Part shown: positions 13,801 through 64,000 of the stretch, one piece after another
Layout: each line of letters opens with the position of its first letter
Numbering within the stretch: position 1 is the first letter of the stretch
Origin: Eledone cirrhosa
Lineage: Eukaryota
DNA: 64,000 nucleotides
Direction of reading: 5' to 3'
Assembly (NCBI GenBank): GCA_964016885.1
Contig: OZ024740.1
Coordinates: 136,710,001-136,774,000, forward strand
Notes under the pieces: generated by a model
Told to the model about the DNA's origin: nothing
Seen by the model: only the letters and a program-made list of their open reading frames with translations
Database searches by the model: none
Made by a program: the position numbers and the translations under genes

Positions 13801-15900
13801 AGTCTCTAGCTGTGTCATTCTCGATAAAAGCACTGGATATGTAGTCCTGATGAATTCTAACAGAATGAAACGCGTAGATTACTTCCCTTGCTTTTATCGA
13901 GAATCTAATTGTAATACGTGACGTATTCTATTCTATAGCGATTAGGTCTTCAAAATGTTTATTATAAACATACAGAATATTTCGAATATTCTATGTCTAT
14001 ATTCACATATATATCGCTATTTCAGAGCATTTATTCCAATTTCTAATTTCTGCCGGACCGGCAACCGCTCTTTCAAACCAGTTCCTGTACACAGCTAAGT
14101 ATTCTATAAGTCTCTAGCTGTGTCATTCTCGATAAAAGCACTGGATATGTAGTCCTGATGAATTCTAACAAGAATGAAACGCGTAGATTACTTCCCTTGC
14201 TTTTATCGAGAATCTAATTGTAATACGTGACGTATTCTATTCTATAGCGATTAGGTCTTCAAAATGTTTATTATAAACATACAGAATATTTTCGAATATT
14301 CTATGTCTATATTCACATATATATCGCTATTTCAGAGCATTTATTCCAATTTCTAATTTCTGCCGGACCGGCAACCGCTCTTTCAAACCAGTTCCTGTAC
14401 ACAGCTAAGTATTCTATAAGTCTCTAGCTGTGTCATTCTCGATAAAAGCACTGGATATGTAGTCCTGATGAATTCTAACAAGAATGAAACGCGTAGATTA
14501 CTTCCCTTGCTTTTATCGAGAATCTAATTGTAATACGTGACGTATTCTATTCTATAGCGATTAGGTCTTCAAAATGTTTATTATAAACATACAGAATATT
14601 TTCGAATATTCTATGTCTATATTCACATATATATCGCTATTTCAGAGCATTTATTCCAATTTCTAATTTCTGCCGGACCGGCAACCGCTCTTTCAAACCA
14701 GTTCCTGTACACAGCTAAGTATTCTATAAGTCTCTAGCTGTGTCATTCTCGATAAAAGCACTGGATATGTAGTCCTGATGAATTCTAACAAGAATGAAAC
14801 GCGTAGATTACTTCCCTTGCTTTTATCGAGAATCTAATTGTAATACGTGACGTATTCTATTCTATAGCGATTAGGTCTTCAAAATGTTTATTATAAACAT
14901 ACAGAATATTTTCGAATATTCTATGTCTATATTCACATATATATCGCTATTTCAGAGCATTTATTCCAATTTCTAATTTCTGCCGGACCGGCAACCGCTC
15001 TTTCAAACCAGTTCCTGTACACAGCTAAGTATTCTATAAGTCTCTAGCTGTGTCATTCTCGATAAAAGCACTGGATATGTAGTCCTGATGAATTCTAACA
15101 AGAATGAAACGCGTAGATTACTTCCCTTGCTTTTATCGAGAATCTAATTGTAATACGTGACGTATTCTATTCTATAGCGATTAGGTCTTCAAAATGTTTA
15201 TTATAAACATACAGAATATTTTCGAATATTCTATGTCTATATTCACATATATATCGCTATTTCAGAGCATTTATTCCAATTTCTAATTTCTGCCGGACCG
15301 GCAACCGCTCTTTCAAACCAGTTCCTGTACACAGCTAAGTATTCTATAAGTCTCTAGCTGTGTCATTCTCGATAAAAGCACTGGATATGTAGTCCTGAAG
15401 ATTTCTAATAAGAATGAAACGCGTAGATTACTTCCCTTGCTTTTATCGAGAATCTAATTGTAATACGTGACGTATTCTATTCTATAGCGATTAGGTCTTC
15501 AAAATGTTTATTATAAACATACAGAATATTTTCGAATATTCTATGTCTATATTCACATATATATCGCTATTTCAGAGCATTTATTCCAATTTCTAATTTC
15601 TGCCGGACCGGCAACCGCTCTTTCAAACCAGTTCCTGTACACAGCTAAGTATTCTATAAGTCTCTAGCTGTGTCATTCTCGATAAAAGCACTGGATATGT
15701 AGTCCTGAAGATTTCTAATAAGAATGAAACGCGTAGATTACTTCCCTTGCTTTTATCGAGAATCTAATTGTAATACGTGACGTATTCTATTCTATAGCGA
15801 TTAGGTCTTCAAAATGTTTATTATAAACATACAGAATATTTTCGAATATTCTATGTCTATATTCACATATATATCGCTATTTCAGAGCATTTATTCCAAT

Positions 15901-17041
<1,141 letters not shown>

Positions 17042-20000
17042 TCATCATCATCATCATCATCATCATTTTACGTCCGCTTTTCCCTGCTTGCAAGGGTGGG
17101 ACGGGTCTTATTCAGCACAGCATCTCTCCACTCGTCACGGTCCCTCGTCATCTCCACCGTGAGTTTCAATGATCTGAGGTATGTTCTCACCACCTCCGCC
17201 CATGTTTTTCGTGGTCTACCTCTACTACGTCTTCCTTCAACTGGCATTTCCTGGCACTTCTTCACCCATCGGTCATCCTCCATGCGCATCACATGTCCAT
17301 ACCACCTCAGTCTCCTCTCCCGTACACTACATTCTATCCCTCTCAGACACAGTTTCTCTCTCAACACATTTATGCTGGGTCGTTCACGCACATTTACACT
17401 GCACATCCAACGGAGCATGCTTGCCTCATTTCTCTCCAGCCGTCGCATATCTTCTGCGGTAGCTGCCCATGTCTCACTACCATGCAGCATCGCGCTCCTC
17501 ACACAGGCATCATACAACCGGCCTTTCGTATGCAGGGAGAAACCCTTCTTCGTCAACAGAGGAAGCAGCTCCCTAAACTTCTTCCAACCCGTCCTTATTC
17601 TAGATACTATGGCCTCGGAACACCCTCCTCCCATGCTAATCTGATCTCCTAGGTACCGGAAGCTATCCACCACTTCTATAGCGCCCTCTCGCATTTGAAA
17701 AATGTGTCTATCAGTGCGACTTCTACTGTCTAATTTCCCTGTACATCTACTGCATACATATTTCTCCCTACCTGTCAGTTTGCCTGCTATCCCGCTACAT
17801 CTCTTGTGTACCCAGGACCTACATTGTGTGCATTTTATAGAATTTATGCCAGTTCCTTTTCTGCATATCGAACATGGCCATTTCCCTGACGGAATCAGGG
17901 TTTTGTCCTCTTTTCTACTCATCAACACTTTTGTCTTAGCTAGATTTACTCTCAGTCCTCTTGCTTCCAACTGCTGTTTCCATAGCCGGAATTTATTCTC
18001 TAGCTCCTCTACTGATTCTGCCATAAGAGCCAGATCGTCAGCATAGAGAAGTTCCCATGGACAGCCAGTCTTAAACTCCTCTGTTATGGCTTGGAGGACT
18101 ATAATGAACAAGAGCGGGCTGAGGACCGAACCCTGATGTACTCCTACTTGTATCTGGAATTCCTCACTAAACTCTGAGAGTACCTCTGTACAAAGTTTGC
18201 ACTGTCCTTACAAGCCATTCCTCAACACCCAGCTTCCTTAGGGACCACCAGATGACAGATCGGGGTACCCTATCAAAGGCCTTCTCTAGGTCAACAAAGG
18301 CCAAGTATAGTGGCTTATTCTTCTCTAAGAACCTCTCTTGCATTTGTCTCACCAAGAAGAGGGCATCTGTTGTACTCTTCCCAGGCACAAAACCAAACTG
18401 CATCTCATCTAGTTTGACCCTTTCTCTAATTAGTTGTGCTAAAATCCTTTCTGCCACTTTCATAACCTGATCTATCAGTTTTATACCCCTATAATTGCTC
18501 CTCTCCAAAGCATCCCCTTTACCTTTGTAGCAATTTATGAGAATACTGCTGCACCAGTCTTTGGGTATGACACCACCATATATAGCCTGATTGATTATGC
18601 GTGCAACCAGTTTAGTGCCTACGTCCCCTGATGCCTTCAGCATCTCAGCAACTATTCCCGATGGTCCGGCCGCCTTACCATTTTTCATTTCCCTAATCGC
18701 CTCTTGGACCCTATATTCGTCAATCTCAATAGCTGGTCCCTCTGTCGGATCTACCAAGGGTAATTTCTCTCTCTCCCATTCGTTCTCCACATTCATCAGT
18801 CTCTCATAATGGCATTTCCAGGCCTCCTTTTTCTGGTCATTCGTGACACTAAGTACACCGGCATCATCCCGGACACATTTATCACCAACAACATCCTGAT
18901 TTGCATTGACACACTGCCTTGCAATGTGGAACACCGCACGCCTCTGATCTTCCCGTCGCAGAACATTGGCAAACCTCCTACTCTCTGCCTCCCTGCGTGC
19001 TAAGTACACCTGACGTCTAGCTTCTCTCTTAGTGGCTGTATATTCTTCCCTACTCCCACCCTTATTCCAAGCCTTCCATGCTAGTCTTTTGTCTCTAATA
19101 GCCTTATCTACACTGCTGTTCCACCACCAGGTCACTCTCTGTCTGGTTGGGGCTCTGCTCCAGCCACAAGTTTCATCAGTAGCCTTCAGCAAGTTGTCAC
19201 GTAAGAACTTCCAGTTATTATCTATGTCATACGTCTCTAAATCGTCTTCTTTTTCGTCATATACATCTTGAAGGGCTTTCCTAAATTTAAATTTTAGTGA
19301 AAGGTCTTTTAGCTTCCAGACCTTTCTTCTCCACACCTTCCTATATGGCTCATTCCATCTCTTGCTTACTGAGATATCACTAACAACTAACCTATGCTGT
19401 GGGGTACATTCTTCCCCAGGGTATGCCTTGGTATTAGACACTATCTGCCTGTCCCGCTGCCTAACTAGCAGGAAGTCAATCTGGCTTATGTGCTCACCAG
19501 ATTTGTAGGTTATTAGGTGATTGGCAGGTTTCTGGAAGTTTGTGTTGCAAATAGTCAATGTACTTGCATCACAAAATTCAAGAAGTCTCACTCCTTCTTC
19601 ATTTCTTGAACCGTAACCATGCCCACCATGTACCCCAGTGTAACCATTCTGGAGCTGTCCAACATGACCATTGAAGTCTCCTGCTAGCATAACGATGTCT
19701 CCGTCCTCTGTCATTGTGGTTGTTTGCAAAAGTTGCTCATAAAAGCAGTCTTTCTCATCTTTGCCTAGGCCTGCTTGGGGAGCATAGACCGAGATGATTG
19801 TCAGTAGTCTCCTACCTACAACTAATCTAAGCTTAATTATTCGATTACTAACTCGAACTACCTCTATTGTCTTATTGATCCATTTCTCAGCCAGGAAAAT
19901 GCCTACTCCCCCTAACCCATCATCCTTACCTACCCAGAATAGCTTATAGCTAAGACGCTTGCCTACGACTAGTCTCGCAGAGGCACCTCTCCATCTCACC

Positions 20001-20307
20001 TCTTGCACGCAGCACACATCCACCTGCCTTCTCTCCAGCATCTCCGCTATTTCAGCAGATCTACCTCTGAGAGTGCCAACATTAAGTGTTGCAACTCTGA
20101 GATGCGACGTCTTCATATTTTTTTCTATGCTGTTTTGTTGCTGTGCTGATAAGCTTTTTGGCATTGATACACTGGTTGGATGCCCTTCCTAACACCAGCG
20201 CCACTTTACAGCATGGACTGGGTGCTTTTATTTGTGCCACCAGCACTAGAGAGGATGTCTTACTAGACTCAAGGGCCCTCTCTACCCCTCCATTTTACAG
20301 CATGGTC

Positions 20308-20310
<3 letters not shown>
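17042..20310 (-). mobile_element. Near full-length RTE-clade LINE (AP endonuclease + RT), one frameshifting deletion
   Basis: ORF 18167-20164 (TLNVGTL, CCVQE, AGDFNGH, SQIDF, QHRLV, FVDLEKAFD) continues in another frame near 18175 into [23 protein letters not shown] (ORF 17068-18111). About 20 nt are missing relative to the 25634-27070 copy. (TGA)n tail at 17042-17066. Confidence 0.95.
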
Positions 20311-20338
<28 letters not shown>

Positions 20339-21724
20339 CTTATTGACACGACTCACACACTAATACTCATGCATACAAACCACAACCACACATACCAACA
20401 CTCATTCATGCATACAATCACACACACAACTCACAAACACATATATATATATACATATATTACCGACAGTTCTGATACAAAATCAAAATCAAAGTCAAAA
20501 TCGTCAAAATCACTATCATGTCAACTGTTGACCTTTCCCAGTCCAGTTCGGCTTGTATATAATAACAATAACAATAATAATTGTTTGTTTACGCTGGTAA
20601 TGGCGGTGGTGGATGGTGTCAGTGTGGTGGTGGATGGTATCAGCGTGGTGGTGGTGGATGGTCAGTGATGGTGGTGACAGTTGTTGGTGCTGTAGTTGTT
20701 ACTGTTGTTGTTGTCCTTCATTTCACTGCTGCTGTTGCTGCAGACAATGGTGTTGATGCTGTTATTGCTGTCGCATATATACAAATACATACACACACAT
20801 TCAACACAGACGATGGTGTTGTTGCTGTTGTTGTTGTTGTTGGTGTTGCTGCTGTTGTTGTTGTAGTTGTTGCTGTGTTGAAATCTGGTCGCATCCACAG
20901 AGATATACACATATACACACACATACACATATGTATATACACATACATACATCAAAAGATAGTCAGCAGTATGTCAACAGGGGACAGGACAGCGACCTTA
21001 GAGTAATGTGGTGATGGTGGGGAGCGAGTGTAGGCGTTATTGTTATTGTGGTGACGGGGGGGTCAGTGAGATGTTACAAGTTCATAGATCACTTCTCTCT
21101 TTTCCTCTCTCTTCAAAATTTTGAATTTATGGCCTTTTGCAATGGCGGCCAAGTATATATAATATATATGAAGCAAAGAAAAGAAAATTTTCACTGATAT
21201 GAAAGATTTCCTGGTAGAAGTTCAGGTGTATTCAGTGATTGGTATCCAGTTTCGGGGTATCCAATTAGAAAATCCAACGAATCTTTAAGAGGGGTCCACG
21301 CAACCATTGATATATATATCTATATATGTAAAATGCAAGCAGAAATGACAACGAAAGATTTCCTGGTAGAAGTTCAGGTGTATTCAGTGTTGGTATCCAG
21401 TGTTGGGGTATCCAATTAGAAAATCCAACGAATTTTGAGAGGGGTCCACGCAAGCATATATATAGATATATATATGTATATATGCAAAATGCAAGCAGAA
21501 ATAACAACACATATACTAATGAACATACATTAAACACAGAGGGACTGTAAATGATGATAGCAATATCTAGATATAAATATATAAATGTACATATCTCTAT
21601 TGGTCTCATAAATTTTAAATTTTCTCTTTCCTCTTGTGTGTGTGTAGCAACACGTGGTTGTGTGTTGCTGCTGACTCTAGCAGAGCCCAAGAAAACACGT
21701 CTTGCCCTAACAGCTGCAGCTCCC

Positions 21725-23775
<2,051 letters not shown>

Positions 23776-23926
23776 CACATACTTTAGTGTGCACAGCTTT
23801 TACAACAAATATGGTGGCACACACAGCATAGTGATATGGAGATGACAATATACAAACGATAACATATGGGGGTATGTAGATGGCAAGATGACTGAATAGG
23901 TGATAAGATGGAGAAATTTTGATTAC

Positions 23927-62009
<38,083 letters not shown>

Positions 62010-62098
62010 CTAGAATTAAAAAAATTATATACTACTACATGTGATATTAATAAATGTATGTACAGCATTCCATAACATAAACAGAGAAATATTTCACC

Positions 62099-62351
<253 letters not shown>

Positions 62352-64000
62352 ACACCTACTGACAAAATTTAAAGTCTGCACAAAGAAAATTAAAGTTACA
62401 ATTATAAATAACCCTCTCGAGTACATTTAATTGAAAATAATGTAAATAAATGAACATGACATTTGACAGAGAAATGTAAATGCTAAAGGGTTAAGCAACT
62501 GATAGTACGACATCATGAGGCTAACATCAGTCATTGGTACTTGTTTACAGTTTAGTAAAGTGAAGCAATGCAGAATGTGTGGTCAATATTTTTACACTTT
62601 TATAAACATAAATATCTGAAAGACCATTTTAAAATCATTTAGCCAGGGAGGGAAAGGCAGCATCTATGACCTTTTGTTTTTCCAGAGCTTCCAAGATTGG
62701 TAAGCGGAAGAAGTTCTTAAACTGCAGACTTGCAAAAAAATGAATTCCACTGAAGGAACTCAGGGACCAGGAGAAATACTAAGGCTACAACGCGAAGCGC
62801 CACAACAAATAAAGCAAGACATTGTTGGACACTAATAATTTCATCAGGCCACTGCCTTGGACTAGTATCTTATTTTATCAACCACTTGAAAGAATCAGTG
62901 AGATTTGAACTCGGAGCAGAAAGAACCAGATAAAAACATTCTAATCACTGCAAATATGCCGCTTATAAACAGCAACATTAGTGCTGCTATGTATACATGT
63001 ACAGTATTACATTTCATTTTTCATTAAAATTCATAGATTTCCAAGCATATGACATTGAAAATAGGTCATAGAATAGTGGCTAACATCTTTTAGTTGTACA
63101 CTGAGAATGATCGTAATGGTGAACAATAATTACAACTATTTAGGACAAGGTTTTGTTTTTTAATGACAGCTCTTCCCACTCATATATTAACCTTTAGTAT
63201 GAGTGTTTAGAATACCATACTATTGTAACCAATTTGAGTGACCTGTAAGATGTATTTTTGAGTTTCATTGCTATTTTACCATTCCATGCAAACATGGACA
63301 AAAATTACTTTTTGTTTTCTCATGCAAAACAGATACAGATTGACTGTATACTTTTTGTTTCATTACTACATGGCTTTGGCTTCTATCCCACTGCATGGTG
63401 CCTTGGGCAAGTATCTTTTACTATAACCTCAGACTAAGCAATGTCATATCAGTAAAATCTGGTAAACAAACTAAAAACTCAGAGTATATGTGTCTCTTAA
63501 TTTGATATTAGTGCAAGCAATTATCTCATATTACATAATCTATAAATATAAAACAGAAGATATCTATCTATCTAAGGTGGGTAAAATTCCCGAGATTTTT
63601 TTTTTTCTTTTCAATGGCTGACAATACCTTACCGGCGCCACTCGAATAAGGTAGTTATTTAACCCATAAATGGAGCCCTAACAGGTACTACCACCCCGGG
63701 CCAGGGCAGACCTGGGAGTCATGACAACTAAGGGGTAACTCCACATTCCCCACATCTCCTGAACTCCCGAACTGGAGCCTTGCCACTGGATGTAGTTTAA
63801 TGTCAGAAGATATGTGTGTGTGTAAATCCCTAAAAGTCGAGAAGTACCCGACTAATTTTTTTCAAAATTTATTATATTACTTATATTTCTTGGGCTAAAT
63901 CATTTTTTACCTTTTCTACCCTATTAGGCGAAAAACCGCTTTTTTTTTTTTAGGTGTAACTTAAAGATAATCCAGCCGATTTCCTCGGAATTTGCAGCAC

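Larger units (their letters stand above)
9509..15900. mobile_element. Tandem array of 310-bp hammerhead-ribozyme units (non-LTR retrozyme-like or Penelope-associated), with an internal inversion at about 10430
   Basis: Exact 310-bp period. About 3 units lie in - orientation (9509-10430), then about 17.6 units in + orientation (10431-15900). Copies are near identical, there is one hammerhead per unit, no ORF, and (TA)n on both sides. Confidence 0.88.

Noticed and set aside
12293-13990. Single-base deletions in some units (GAAA to GAA near 12320; also near 12803, 13862, 13980)
   Set aside because: All are in short homopolymers, typical of long-read consensus errors; not interpreted as inactivating mutations without reads.
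9509-15900. CRISPR array or plain centromeric satellite
   Set aside because: No unique spacers, a 310-bp unit and eukaryotic context exclude CRISPR. The ribozyme core, structured monomer and inversion argue against a featureless satellite.
20581-21006. Val-rich and Thr/Asn-rich ORFs
   Set aside because: Products of (GTT)/(GGT) low-complexity tracts.

Overview
AT-rich, repeat-dense animal genomic DNA; the repeat repertoire suggests a mollusc, probably an octopod cephalopod (inference). Positions 23927-62009 hold 25 minus-strand exons of the pyrimidine gene CAD. They splice in phase into 1356 codons covering part of the GATase domain, all of CPSase and the start of dihydroorotase; both gene ends lie outside the window. 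Positions 1-23926 appear to be one very large intron built from CA-interrupted (TA)n microsatellite, with RTE LINEs, a CR1-group LINE fragment and a 6.4-kb array of a 310-bp unit inserted into it. The array is the key finding. Each unit carries a type I hammerhead ribozyme (GUAGUC-CUGAUGA-AUUCU-AACA-AGAAU-GAAA-CGCG-UA^GAUUAC) with a palindromic helix III and an extended helix I, inside a hairpin-rich non-coding monomer. There are 18 ribozymes on + and 3 on -, joined head-to-head. This matches a non-LTR retrozyme or Penelope-associated circular-RNA element. Other introns carry tRNA-derived SINEs, TTAA-flanked MITEs and a non-autonomous Helitron. Most long ORFs in the supplied track are microsatellite artefacts.
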